Below are positions 14,601-29,160 of a stretch of 64,000 nucleotides of DNA, one piece after another. Positions within the stretch are counted from its first letter, which is position 1; each line of letters begins with the position of its first letter. The position numbers were made by a program, and so were the translations under genes. Source of the DNA: Tubiluchus corallicola (Eukaryota; Animalia; Priapulida); NCBI GenBank assembly GCA_030141605.1, contig JAQGDQ010000014.1, forward strand, positions 1,240,001-1,304,000, given 5' to 3'. The notes under the pieces are model-generated. The model was not told the origin of the DNA, searched no databases, and worked only from the letters and a program-made list of their open reading frames with translations.

Positions 14601-17600
14601 TTTTTTCTTTAGGCTCTATCACCACCACCAGTTTTTAGTGATGGCCACAGTTCTTGGTATTAGTGTTAAACTGGGTTCATGTTCTCGTGTGTGGGTCATG
14701 TGCATGTGGAGAAACTTTTCACACTAGGGGTAGAAAACAAAAATGGTGAAAATAATAAAGCAGCGATACGTTCATCAGGACTTGAGCAAAGAAAGGTGCT
14801 CAGCAGACAACTTCCAACTTCCAATGATCAGGAATTCGAGCCAGCCTTTCACAATTGGAGGAAGACAATGGCGAAGTTGGAGGTGGTAATACTAGGTGGG
14901 TCGATTGACAAATTCGAGAGTGTACAAGCCAATCTTTTTGTAACATACATTAAGTCTCCAATCCGACCTGTCATCTACCATTGTACAAAACTGGAAAGGA
15001 AGAATTAGCGAAGAAAAAGCAGACGTAATAGACCATAGAAGAGATAAAACGACACAAATGAGCTCCTCCTGGAGTTACCCTTTTGAGCCAATTATTTAAA
15101 GCGTTGCAACAGCTACCAAACCAAAAAGATTTCCAATGTAGTTAATAAAAAACTTCAAATGCAAAAAATTAGGTAACATCAACAAAAAAGAAGGTATCAG
15201 TTTCGATCATCAGATGAATACTGTTGATATGCGAGGTATCCGCTGCTAATCTCTAAAGATGTGTATTAAAACCTTCAACAATACATATTTTCGGGATCTG
15301 GATAACGATACATAAAATGAATCGAGACTGGACTACAGTTAGACTTTGGTCTAAGATGATTTTGGAATCAAGGCTTGACTTGCCACAGTGTTCCCTCATA
15401 ATCCAGTCTTCAGTAATATCTACACTTGACTTACGTGTATTTGATTTCATAGATACAAATATTTGGTGAAGCACAAAACTAGTATGATATTAAACTGATA
15501 AAAATGACAATTATTCTCCCAAACTGTTGTTCATTTGGGTGATGAAAGATACATCTCAAAAGATTTACTGCTCAATTCTTATGTAAGTGCCGAATTGGTT
15601 AGAAGTGTTTTACGTCTCCTCTCGTCTAACTACATATAGTGCCTGCAATAAATATACAATGAAATATTGCTTGGCAAAAACGTGGCTTTACGTTAAAACG
15701 TAACGAAGGAAAACGGTTGACGGTGTGAAAAATTCTGATTACTAAAAATGAATGCTGTCGGCTTGATCGAAAACAAACCTTGGCTGCTCCAGTTTGAACG
15801 AAGATGTTCAACCAGGTTAGAAGAGTCAGAAAACGGTTACACTGGAAGCTAATTATGTACACTGTTAATTAAACAATGGAAAAATTAAACAACATCAGGA
15901 AATGCATGGCAACGAAAAATGATTTGGACGTCATAACGAAGCACGTCCAGGTGCTAGATAAGCGGGTGAGCAAATCATCTAATGAGGAGCTTTGTGAGAA
16001 GCTTAGTGCATCACAGCAAGAAATTAACGACTTTAAGATGTCATTTACACGAGCTGAGCGTTATAGCCGGCAATACAACTTCAAAATTAATGGTCTTCCT
16101 GAAAATAAAGACGAAGATACAGTAAAGTTTATTGAAAGAGATTTGGGCATAACTGATCTAGAGAACCCATCGACTAAAATCCAGGGTGAAACCAAGACGT
16201 ATAATACGGCGCCTGTTACAGTCGCATAAAAAAAGTCCAAAATTATCATGACCTCAAAGAAAGAATTAGTGTCACAACCCTAAATTTATCTCCAGGATAA
16301 CCTCACTAAATACGACTATGAACAGAAGAAGAAACTGAAGCCTGTAATGAAAGCAGCTTTCAAAGGCTGGGAGGAAAGTGAAATTCAGCAGCTCGTCGGC
16401 AAGTTGTACATCAACGGCAAGGAATACAAGCCATGATCATGTGACTCACCGACCTGATAATCAGATGACTGTGCTATAGTGACTTACTTATTTGTGAATA
16501 TGGCTAAAAGCCAGGACTGACACAGCAGCATTGCAATTAGGCCTATTGTGGTAATGTAAAAAATATCTTTTCATTTAATAATGATGAGCATTCAACTGCA
16601 ACATTTTTTTACTTCAAAGAATTTTTATGTTATTTATTTTTTTATATTTTTTTCACAAGCACAGTAGATTGAACTGAATAAATTTTGCCGACACATCAGT
16701 ATTGTAAATGTTGAAGAATGAAAATTATAAAAAATCTAGAACTTTTATATTTCAATCTTCTACATATTATCTAATTACCGTCAGTTTAAAATTTGTCCGT
16801 TACGACTTTAACATTACGTCAGAGCACGACGTATTAGTTTTTTCCTATATCACTGCTGAATTGTATTGTGCTGCATATCCTACAGTCTAGCCTTGGTCCA
16901 GAGCCCACATTCATTGTCATATTGGTTTATGGGCCTACTAATTTGGTTGTTTACCAACTGCCAAGACATTTCGATTGTATTGTGTAACCAACTGTATAAA
17001 TTCTTGACTAAGATTATAACTATTAACGCTAGGCTTCGCAAATGTAAACGAGTTGTGCTATTCATGTGATCTCTTGCTGTAAGCAAATAGATGTAACTAC
17101 TTTTATGTGGGTTCTGATTTACTGTACACTTCTGTATCAATTAACTTGTTAACCAAATACCTTGTTTTAATTCCAATTTGTAGAATCTACCTGTCAGAAA
17201 AACCTCCGTCTTAAGAAGCTACTGGTTGAGCACTTTATATGCAGCAAAAGCAACTACAGCGTAATAGCTACGACCAGGCTTGCTCAAAGTGAGTTTATAA
17301 CGAATGATAAACCATCGAACTCAAATAATCAAATTTACGACTACTTAAACTTATTTATAAAGGTCACTGCTTTATTTCTCTTTACGTTTGGCTAAGGAAA
17401 TGCTGAACAAATGGATTACCATGTCTAAAATAGGTCAATAACTCATTAGTAAGTTTATACTGTCACCACCACCATTAATGTTTGCTCCTGAAACGCATTT
17501 TATAGTTAATATAGAACTAATGTCACAGTATGAAATTGACTGTTTACAATTATAAACATACAAGATATGGGGATATGGGGGAGGTATTGCTGTGTATATT

Positions 17601-20600
17601 ACCTCAGAGCTTTTTCCTAAAAAGCAACCCAATCTCGAGAAAATTGGCTTAGAAGTGGTGTGGTTAGAGATTAAAAATGCTAACAACAAATTCCTTCTTT
17701 TATAGACAACCAAATGCTCCTATTGCTGAGTGGGATGACATAAGCGATTCAATTGATAGAGCTATATCTGACTCTATTCCTAGAGTTGTCATTTGCGGTG
17801 ACTTTAATGATAATTTACTAGCTAATTCCCCTACTCACTGATCAAGAGTACAAAATCGTTTCCGGCCTTACTGAAGTCATAAACAAACCTACATGCATTA
17901 TGCCAACTTCGCAAACTCTGCTAGACCCAATATTCGTCTCTTCTCCTACCCTAGCACAAATGCTTGACCCCATATGCAGCGACATTGTCCCTGTTATGTC
18001 CATTTAAATTTCAAGATTCAAAAAGATCCATGTTTCACACGCCGGATATGGTTGTATACAGGCACTTTCGAAATATCCTTCAAAATAATGACTGGCATCA
18101 ATTATCCACCTTAGACATAAATCAATCTGCCAAAACACTAACTGAATGGATAAATGACGCTGCGTACAGTCAATTTCAAATAAAGTCACCCACGTGCAAC
18201 CTAATGACGTCCCCTGGTTAAACTCACACGTTAGAAAATGCATACGTAAACGTAACGCAACGTAAAGCTCACACCAAAGCCAAAGCCTGTAACCTCGTCA
18301 AGACTGGGCTCGAGTTTTTAATCAATGCAATAAAACTATAGAAGCAAATAGAATCGCAGATATCATTCAGAATACTCCATCATCCGAGAAATCTTGGGGG
18401 CATCTCAGCAAGCAACTCGCAAAAACTTGTGGCAACTTATCAACTGAATATCCTCCTATTCAACAACCAAGCTGCATTTTCCACGACTGACAAAGCTACA
18501 TTATTCAATGATTACTTTGCATCCTTAATGTCAGTCAATGACGCAAATGCAGTCTTACCTCATCTTAACGACCCACCCATGAATTTCCTCGACAATATAA
18601 TAATTGATGCCCAAAAGATCCTGAATATACTAAATTCATTAAAAAAACAAAGCTAGTGGTCCTGACATGATAAGTCCTAACTTACTTATCAATGCAGCTG
18701 AAGTCCTGTGAATCCCCTTGCTGACTTATTTAATCATTCTCTTACATCTGGGCATTTCCCCAAAACTTGGAAAAAGCTCATGTTGTGCCAGTCCATAAAA
18801 AAGAAGACAAGTCCTGCGTAACTAACTATCGCCCAATATCTCTGCTCCCCATTCTCTCCAAAGTTTTTGAAAGATGTGTTTTTATTAATTTCTATAACTT
18901 CTTACTGGCCAATACGCTACTCACCATACCAGTCTGGCTTTATCCCAGGAGATTAACTGTTATATTTCGACAACTACATAGTTGAATCTCTTGACAATGG
19001 TAAGGATGTACGTGTAGTCTTCTGTGACATCTCAAAGGCTTTTGACCGAGTGTGGCACAAAGGTCTTCAGCACAAATTAAGAACCATTGGAATTACTGGG
19101 CAACTATATTGCAGGTTAAAGTCCTACCTTTCAGATCGTCAGCAAAGAGTAGTTATCAAAGAATGTTCTTCTAGCTGGAGAAATATTTCTGCAGGCGTGC
19201 CCCAGGGCTCTGTCCTTGGCCCCCTCCTCTTTCTAATATACATAAATGATATAGTAAGTGATATCAATACTGAAATACGACTCCTTGCTGACGATACCTC
19301 TCAGTTTATTTCTGTCGAGAATGCCAGATCATCCGCTAGTCTCTTAAATGACGACCTTCACAAAATACATTTATGGGCTCAGCAATGGCTTATCAATTTT
19401 AATGCACAGAAAACTGAATATATGGTTATATCATTAAAAAAAACTATCCCCATACATCCCTTATTATATTTCAATACTCAACCTATTATGGAAGTAGAAT
19501 CTCATAAACACGTTGGTGTGAACTTTTCTGCAAACGCGCACTGGTCTGACCATATCAACAAAATTATTAGTAAGGACAAAAACAGTCTCAATATCATATG
19601 CAATTTCAAGTACATCCTTGACAGAAAATCTCTAAATACCATTTACCTGAGTTTCATTTGACCTGTTTTTGAATATGCTTGCTGCGTTTGGGACAACTGT
19701 AATGTCATGAAGTTAAATGAACTCGAGAATGTTCAACTCGATGCAGCAAGAATAATAACTGGTGCTATTTGTGGTACAAGCCATCACCATTTGTACCGTG
19801 AGTTGGGATTGCTTTTTCTATGCAACAGACGCATGCAATATAAACTTATACAATTATATAAAATGTTCAGTGGCCTTGCTCCCTCATACCTAGAGAATCT
19901 GTTACAACCCACAGTAAGAACGATCACACGGAATCATGCACTTCACAATAGGGACCAATTTTACAATGAATATCATAGAACAAGTCTTTGCCGCAGTTCT
20001 TTTATTAGTGCTACAACCCAAACCCGGAAAAATTTGCCCCATGATATTAGAAATGCTCTCTCGCTTACTCACTTTAAATGTAAGCTGGACAGCTTAAATG
20101 AGTTTAGAGTTAGTAAGCCACCACCTCATTTTGCTATTGGTGCCAGGTTTGACCAGGTTCATATGGCACAGATGAGAATGAATTGCAGTTTACTAAAAGC
20201 ACACATGTATTCTAAATTCATTGCCCCCTCTCCATAGTGCTCTTGTGGCACTCTCTATGAAGATCCTAATCATTTTCTTATGCACTGTCCAATTTACCAA
20301 CAAATCAGTACCCAGTATATCTATCCTATTGTAGTCACAGAAAACACTGTAAACAGAGGTTAATACCACTGAATGCTTTATTAACATAATCAGTACGTCC
20401 AATATAACATAAATGTCCAACAGCTCCAATAAGTGGATTAACCTGACTGTTCAGAGCACAGGTGTGTAATAACAGACAGGTGACTAGCAGGTAAAAAACA
20501 GAAAAGCTGGCCAAAACCAAAAGTTTTACATTTCCGCCACAGATGGCGCCTCGTGCACGATAAGTAAGATTAACAAAAAACAAATAAAAGCTAAGTCTGC

Positions 20601-23600
20601 TACACCTATAAATCCACTCTCTTCGAATAACATCCAAATACTGTACTACTACGTGGTGATACCTCACTGTCTCTTGATTCTAACAATGCTATAGTATCTG
20701 CTGTCATTTCGTTTATTACACAAAGTGGGCACTTTAATCAATAAAACTAAAACTATAGTTCATTAAAATCTCTGAATTATACCTTACAGAACAAATAATT
20801 TATACTCTTCCATTCCCGTGACCCCAACACTTTCATCGTTCATCTTTCATTAGCTTCATTATCACTCATTCTATTTTTGTAGCTTAACGTCAGCATCAAG
20901 CACATCATAACCATCTTGTCCCACCTATTCGCACACAGCTGTTCAAAAACAAGTTACAAACCTTCTCAATTTCGCTCTTATTTAATACATAAGTAACAGT
21001 TCTTATAATCGTGTGCCTAACTTATAAATGACGTATTTACTTACTGAAAGGCTTTTATATAGGTCATACCTGTTAGCCAATCAGCATTTGATTAATTACC
21101 CGTTGTTTTTATAAATGTACTTATGATTGTAGTGCTCTTTATCAAATAAAAATATTGTTTAAACTAAGTTTTACTGCCTTCAAATCAGGATGAAACTTTT
21201 CACGTCTTCAAATTTTGAAAGAAAGTATTTTTATCACTTACAACAAAAAGGTAAATGTTTTCAGTTTCTGCAATTATTGATTACTACAGCTGCACTTGTT
21301 GCTGATATGTAGTATGATGTTGTTGTGGTTGTGGTGAAAAACAAAAATACGACCTCCTGTCTTATCAATGAATTCCTTTGGGAAAATGCAAGTTTTACAG
21401 AAAATAGAAATCTTATTCTTAACTTTATTCACAAAGTTGTGCATACAGTATCTAGAGTAAAATCCAGTGTTTTTATTGGAAAATTGCCTAATGTTTTTAC
21501 TAATACATGGATTCACTAGACTTACATCTCTTCGACTGTCCTCATGAGATGACAGAGAAGAAGATGAAGAGTTGACACTGGCCACGTCTTCTGCTTGTGG
21601 TGTTTCTGATGAAGTAGCTAGACGAGTATGTGATGCCAACCCTCCATGAATTTGTTCCCCTTTATGACCTATAGTAAGAACCATATTAAGTAGAAAGGAT
21701 AACAATGCAATGCTTAATAAAGACCAATATATTATTATTAAATTCTTAATATCAACAATCAATCGATTTTATGTAAAACACTACTTATACACATACAACT
21801 GTTAGTTATAAAAAAATTTGTTGAAAATGATAACGGCGAGTTTTGGGGTATCTGCCACTATTTATTGTTTGTGAAAGGGAATATAATTTCCATTTTGATG
21901 TTTCCTACAATTTTAATCAACACAGTTTACATATTTTAACTAACGTTCAAATTTCGTTAGGTAGAGATTTCTAAAAACAGTGATCTGTAACATCAAAATG
22001 ATTCCACAGAATCAATATTGCACAAAGCGACAAGGACAAAGACATATCATTGTTCATTTAACAGACGACATTAACACAGTGACTTTTAGCGCATAAGGTA
22101 CATATGGCCTGACATTGGCATCTTCTACCCTTGAACTCAAGACCTGCAGTCTGTTGTAAAGACCATTCAGCCACTAAACTCAGGGCATGCACTGTTAAAA
22201 TAATCAGTCTTAAAATTTTTTTAATAATAGTACTAATTTTACAATTCAAGAAGCATTTTAGAAAATTTTCTCAAAACTAGTAAACTGAAAACGTTTCAAA
22301 ATTTCAGTTTGTTTCTGGATGCCCAAGGTTTCTGGTCCTAAGAGTGACCCCAAACACGAGTACTGGCACCTGAGTGATTCATCACAATTGCACTGCCGCT
22401 AATAAAAATTGCAATACAACGAAGCATTTACTATATCCATTTCCACTCTTATTTTTTACACAAATCAGAAAGTCAGTGGCTGGTGGCAACTCAAATCAAA
22501 CGGCTAGACAGCAGCAAGGTAAAAATAATAACACAGGTCCAGAATAACTAATTTGCTAACCAGTATTACAGGGCGTATAGATATGATGACATTCTTCTTT
22601 AATCCGGTGAGCTCGTAGTTTCCAGTGAAGCAATTTTTTGGTAGAGAATTCCACAAATAAGAGGCTCAATCAAATATAAGTATAAAAGCAGCTCTTCTGG
22701 ATCTAAAAATTCCCAGGGTAAAAACGTGACAATCAGCAGCAAAATGAGTAACTCTGACCAAATTATCAGCGTTTAAGAAACAATGGCAGGAGATCCTGAG
22801 AGGATTTTCCATAAATTCTTAAATGTAACGAATAATGAACTGATGTACATGTTTTAACATTCGTAGTTTGTAACAAACGGAAAAAAATCTGATAAGATTT
22901 GGAAAATTTCTAAATTACTAATTAGTAAGACACTAAAACATCATGTCTTTGCAACTTTTTTACTGTACAGTTTTTTAGCACTGCATGTAAAGCAATAATT
23001 CCGTATTTAGGACTCTTCACCTGGCAAGAATGCATGTACTACTAAATAAAAAGTGTTCTCTTGGCCTGACATTTAGTCTACACATACGTATCCCGTCTTA
23101 ATGAATACAACATCATATACATTATATAATATGTACATGACTGAGTTGTCAAGTTCAGCGTGAATGGCTGTAATTCAAAAATTACTCTAGCTATATGTAA
23201 ATCTAATTAAGAATTAAAAAAGGAACAATTTACATGCAACCTAATCAGACATTAATAGACAGCAAAATCAATACATAATTAATGCAGTAATGGCTACGTT
23301 GTCCGCTCGTGATTAACCAGACTGTCAAATAAATCCTTGGCAGATCTTAGAACATTTTCATTACGCTGTCACACGGGACTCATTAGCGAACAGAATGACA
23401 ATGAGCATGAGCGCATTCTACATATGCTAACAGTCATCATTTAAATGCTGTGCATCCTGGACACTTACGCAGCAAACATTGTCCAAATGATCCAACATTT
23501 GTGAACTGAAGAGTTTAAGTTTGTCTAGGAGAGCTATATCTAGATGCAGTGCGGTTAGACGATTATATCAATGTATCTGGAAACACTAAACAAACAGAAA

Positions 23601-26600
23601 CTGCAGTGTAAATGAATTACCTACAACAGTCACAGCAGTGTGACAATTACAAGTTATCAGCCAAACCGAATTTGACGTAAGACTCCAATAAGTAGTATAC
23701 GAGTGAACTTCCCTAAAAGACTATATGAGTGCACAAGTACAGCTACTTACTTCAAAAACGTAGGCCTCATCCAGTGACGTTACATTTTGTATTTTATTAT
23801 GGTACTTAATTCTTTGCTTCACTGAAGGCAAAATGATTGCAAATCAGTCTCTTACTTGAACCAGTTTGCAAGTTTGCTTCCAGAAAAGAGACACTTGGGT
23901 GGTGTCTGGAATGCAAGTCCTACCATACTGTGATCATTTACGTCAACAAAAATTACACACACTTATTACTAGAAACAGCAAGTGTTGATTTAATTCAAGT
24001 TTGTAAAGGGCACTGACAAAGTTGACTACAATAAACTTCTTTGAGTGCCGGAATTCAAATAGGTCATCAAGGTGCCACAGTATGCAGATACACAAGATAC
24101 GACCTAATCTGTGGCAATTTGTTTACCGGATTTAGTGTTGATTACTCACAGAAGAACTTGTTTAATATAGTTACTTTATCTTTGTCGAGAGTTATGAGTT
24201 CATTCCCTACTTTGAACTCCCTCCCCGATCACCTAAGGAATGTGAGGCTAGTGCGCCGAAGCCCGGCTTAGTTGTAGTGAGTTAGGCTAAGAGCTCTGGA
24301 TTTTTCCTGATAAAATGCAAATGTCATGGTCTGTGTATGTAAGGGTAATTGTGCGCAGATCAAAAAATAGTCGCTGGAGAACTACACTCTGTGACTAGAT
24401 CCAGCCGAGCTTCCGGATCTGCGAAAGTGTACCCTGTTGGTTCCAGGCAGTGGCTGAATGATAAGGCAGCTCTGCGGGGTGCTCTACCTTCAGTGGTGTA
24501 ATTGTTCATTAGGGATGCTGTTTTCATGTACGTATATGTTATAAACTACGATGCCAAGAAATATACAAAAAGCATAATTCATGACAACATACAAACTTCA
24601 GTGTTGAATGTGTGATCATGACTAAAATTAGACTATATCAACATCGTATTTCTGCAAGTATTTAAACACGGGACAAAGATATCTTTACTTTGACAAAAAA
24701 GAAAGATCTGTAACAGGTTAACACTGGACTACAAAACCTATTTTCACGAATAACTCACAAATTGCAGCTTGCTTATCACTATGGTTAGTATTATTACTAT
24801 ACTTAGCGATTATTACGTCCAACTAATATGGACAAAATGCTGAAACTAAACTACATGACACTCCGGTGAATGTTTGGCCAAACTCGTTGATTCCCTACGT
24901 GAAGAGGTAACCCAGTCAAACACTTCGTAAACAATACGTATTTTGGAATGGTACGTATTTAAACGCGTGATGTGACGAAAATGGGCTCTACGTCATATGA
25001 CATCAGAAACTAACACTGCAGTTCATAATCATGGTTATCACGGTACTGCCTTCTATTTATCAGCCACGCGAATGTGACAAAAAGGCACCGCTGCCAATCT
25101 TAGTAGATTCACTGAGCCGCCCGCAACTTTGAAAGTTTAAGGAAATTTGGGCCGTTGTAGTTTTCAATATTTTAGAGCATTCTTAATTCTAAACTAATGT
25201 TTACACAATCATCTGGCTTTCCTTTAAACTAAAGCTCCAAACAGTCTACCCTACAAAATGTTGAAACTAATATTTTAATACGTGGGAACATAATATCTTA
25301 TTAAGGATGATTTACATGAAAGAATTGTTACCACAGAAATGTAATTTCACATTCGAGCGGGTAGTTCTTCACTGTTACACGTATGCATTTTGTCATTAGC
25401 TGGTTAGATGGGCACCAAACATGGCAATGTATCTCGGAAATGTATTGTTCAGAGACGTTCAATTGTGACATAGTGCACATATTGGAGAGCACCTGTGTGA
25501 GCACAACAGTAACCTTGAAATTTGAGTTTTAACTTTATAAAATTGCTGAGTTTCTATGTATGCTACTGAATATTGTACAGCAGCACTATATTTTAGTTTT
25601 TGCTTTATAAACATGCGCAAAATGCTAACGGAATGTATGTGCTGCTGAAAATTGTTCAATTGTCATGGCATCACTAGCTAGGCTCACCTGCTATTAGTTT
25701 AGTTTTCAACCTATTATTTAATTATCAGGAATGCTTTAGCATTATTACAGGTGTTAAAATGTATAGTTTTTATTATACTTCAGAGAAGCATAAGATATGA
25801 AAAATCATCCTGTTTTCCTTTGAGTCTATGCATGCAATAGTGTTGGAGTAGACAGGTTAACTCGTGCATTTGTGTAAGAAATAATAAAATATTGTTGCTG
25901 GCAATTGTTATTCACAAAGTGACATTGCTAACAAGTAATGTGAGATATGTGTTACCACTTGTGTGCATGCATGTGTGACTGGACAGAAGTCCATGAATTG
26001 TACTACCATTGGGCCTGTTTTGGCTCTCCACACCACTGGTAGTATTCACGTTTTTACTGTCATATTATATAGCCACTTATCACGAGTACCATGGCTTTAT
26101 TTATGGTAATTTGCAGAAAAAAGAGCAGGCCTACCTGCAGAAGATGGTTCAATGTTGAAACCCTGACTCTTGCTTTTCTTCATACTGGTGGCCATTTTCT
26201 TTTCTTTGGGGGTGTTTTTTCGCTGCTTTATGCTTCGTTTTACCAGATGCTCCATAATATCAATGCTGGATGAAGCCTTCTTTTTGCCTGTATCATCAGC
26301 ATTGACACGATGTGGCAACTTGGAGTCCAAGCTGCGTGAACGAAAGTGTGTGTCTTTGTTCTCCGAGTGTTTCTCTTCAGTATTTTTCACAATATCATGT
26401 TTCAATGCCTCAAAGTAACTTTTTGGACGCTGAGCTCCGCGATGCTTCCTTGCTGGATTGACTTCTGTAAACCCATTTGACACAACTGTCAACTCATTTT
26501 CCATCCCATCCATTAAAAAAGTCTCCTCTTCATTAGCTTCACAGACTGTCTCATCTTCTCTTTTCTCCAACACTTCATCCTGATCTGGCTTGCTGAATGA

Positions 26601-26768
26601 GCCTCTAGATTCATAGTAGTACCTCAATGGTGACACATCAGCAGTGCTAAGTGACCTCATCAAAAAAGCCTCTAGGATCTGCAGAGCTTGCTCTCTCGTG
26701 CACTCTGACCCAGAGCTGGAGATCTGTCGCAAAACCTCATTAGTCACTTTAAGCGAATTATCGCCCAT
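5605..26768 (-). CDS. Bcl-2-family protein, Bcl-G/BCL2L14- or BCL2L12-like, about 653 aa, 11 coding exons
   Basis: Phase-consistent GT-AG exons: 26768-26135, 21668-21526, 11970-11787, 11126-11007, 10456-10257, 9300-9130, 8879-8759, 7375-7293, 7031-6954, 6754-6605, 5682-5605 (1962 nt including TAA). N-terminal EQALQILEAFLMRSLS; BH3-like LEKEIAAWFVEKCATDDL; LNYSQFQQAA; YCTQYVEDKLGW with a phase-0 intron directly after the BH2 Trp; acidic C-terminus DIEID with no transmembrane tail. Extra exons in the long introns cannot be excluded. Confidence 0.8.
11384..11580. repeat. ~98-bp intronic tandem duplication
   Basis: aatactttgaa(c/t)tgcac...cttaataacaaga..agtatgagtga.ttttatactttt at 11384 and 11482. 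Confidence 0.8.
14315..14420. repeat. ~57-bp diverged direct repeat
   Basis: ccagca(c/g)gtggtgcc...ctgtgc(g/a)cagct.tat.tgaataatatg occurs twice. Confidence 0.7.
15560..20310 (+). mobile_element. near full-length decayed CR1/L2-type LINE (ORF1 plus endonuclease-RT ORF2), antisense in an intron of the Bcl-2-family gene
   Basis: ORF1 coiled-coil followed by RYSRQYNFKINGLPENKDEDT (15876-16430). APE endonuclease remnants YGGGIAVY and ICGDFN (about 17570-17810). RT motifs NYRPISLLPILSKVFE, DISKAFDRVWH, GVPQGSVLGPLLFLIYIND, LLADDT; C-terminal Cys/His motif near 20240-20290. Many stops and frameshifts; boundaries approximate. Confidence 0.9.
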
Positions 26769-27879
26769 TGTATCACAGCAGATTTAAGTAGTGAAAGCTC
26801 TTTGTAGTACTAATGGTAACCTGAAATCAACAGCAACTTCCATAAAGAATCTGTAAAAGCAAAAGAGCAGTGTAGTCATCTTTGTTTTACTTTCCTTTGT
26901 GATCAATTAGATGTATAATTTTATTAAAAAAATGTTTGCTAAATCTCAAACACCACACAAATAAATCAGGACAATGAGAAACAGGTTTACAGAAAATCCA
27001 AGTAGTATGCGAAATCATTTATTTATAAAAATGAGAGGGAAAGTCAATGTAAATTTATTTTCTTATGCTTGTAGGCTTTGTGTACCTTATTTGACTGGGC
27101 TATACTCAACTTGGTGTTTATGAAGTGCAGGCGATCATTTTGACAGCAACTGTCATTATCAGCGCTATAAATGAAACCAAAGCAAATAATTTTATATTAT
27201 CTGTGATTAATAAACACTATGTTAGTTCTAGAGCCTGGCTTTTTCATGTATATACTCAATTTGTTTTAGAAACAGAAATACGAGAATTGTGGTTTTGGCT
27301 ATAACACATGGATAAAATAATGACAATCACTCACTCTTGTATTTTTACTGGCAATACTTGTTATCCTAGCAAGATTACCAAAACCATACAGACTTGTGAT
27401 ATTATACCGTACGACTTTACAGAGAAACTAATTGGCAGTTACTGCTATTGGAGGGTTATAAAACTTGGGCTCCATTCTCTCTACCTTTCAAACACACATG
27501 GAGGTTGTAGCCATCACGCAGTGGCCATACTTACCCACTTAATTTCTTATCCCACATCAGTACTCTGACTTGATCCTACTCGCACTCGTTCATTACCTGC
27601 TTTATCAACTAAACTTGCCAGCTCTACTACAACCCTCTACAGTGCACAGTTTGCTCGAAGCATGTGTGCATAATAGGTGTATAATAATTGATACTGTGGC
27701 TATTCCATTGCATCTCTTCTTTTTTTCCTCGTTTCTAAAAGGTGGCATTTTTTCGTTAATTAAGGCAAGAGGGTGTTTAACTTAGCATACCATTCCATGA
27801 TGATGTGTTGTTTTAACTTAAGTTATGATGTGTTAAACTTGCCTGCTTGCGAAGTCTAAGAGACCTAACCATAACACGG

Positions 27880-29160
27880 TTATTGACTCTCTCCTCAACA
27901 ATTTACAAAATCGCAGCAGATTTGATATGCCAACTGTTTCACTATTAAGTTAATTCCAAGGGCCCACAACACGAGAAGAAAAGAAATGAGCTCTGATGTT
28001 AGTGCGATAGTATTGTACAAATAATTTAAAATTGCTTCAACGTAAATCATGTAGTGATCTAGAAAAAATTTGTCACTACACAAAATAGAACTACCACTAA
28101 TTACTTTGTAACAGTTAATAAGATCTACAGTGAGGCGTTGTTCAAGAGAAGATACAGAGCCAGGTTGAATATGAGAGCCCAGACTAATACACCTCCATTG
28201 AGTTCTTTCTAAAGCATTTTTAAGAGTATTAAAATGTGGCCACCAAACAATGCACGTATATTCAAGTATTGGTCTAACTACAGCTTCACAAAGAGGTACA
28301 ATAACTTTTGCACTAGCGTTTTAGCATTGCAATGCATCTACTGGCCTGAGAAATAATATGCTCAATATGTGAATTCCACTTCAGGTTGTTTGAGATTAAC
28401 ATACCCAAATCACGAACAACTGATTTTTCATCAATAACACCATCTCTCAGATAATAAGGTGTTGCAGAATTAGAACGAATATGAAGTGCACTGCTTTTAC
28501 TACATTTGAGGAACATTAACCAGTTGTCACACCATCACTCAATTTCAGATGGGTCAGCTTGTAAGGTCTCTTGATCAGAGGAATTTCTAATTGGACGATA
28601 AGGTTTTATATCACCAGCAAACAGTGGTATACGTGTGTCAAGGGATAGACAATCAGTAACATCATTGATAAAAATAAGAAAACAATAGGGTCAAGCTGGG
28701 TCCCTTGAGGAATGCCACTGGTTATATTTCTCCAGGAAGTGGTCACACCATTTAAAACTGCTCTTTGCATTCTGTGTGTTAGAAAATAACGAAAACATTG
28801 GAGCAGTTTCCCTCTTATACCTGCAAATTGCATTTTCAACATGAGACGATGAAGATAAATGGAATCAAATGCTTTTCTAAAATCAATATAATAGAATATA
28901 AATTGATGGGAGAGAAGGGTCATCAAAGAATTGTGACCTGTCATTTAAGCATTCAAGAAGATTTGTTACTGTGGAGCGTTGTGGTAATGAGCCGTGTTGC
29001 TTATTATTGAGTTGGTCAGAAGATAGGAGAAATTTTAGTATATCATCTGACAAAAGAAATTCAAGACATTTAGAGATAGCAGAAGATAGAGAAATAGGGC
29101 GCAAGTTGTCACATTTCAAGTTGGTGCTAGGTTTTTTAAGGATAGGGGTAACACATGACG
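27880..29160 (-). mobile_element. 5'-truncated decayed CR1-like LINE (RT and 3' region)
   Basis: NLRPISLSSAISKCLE, STVTNLLE, YIDFRKAFDSI, SGIPQGTQLDP, VRDLGMLISNNLKWNSHI, HFFSSRVVGPWN across shifting frames. Confidence 0.9.
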
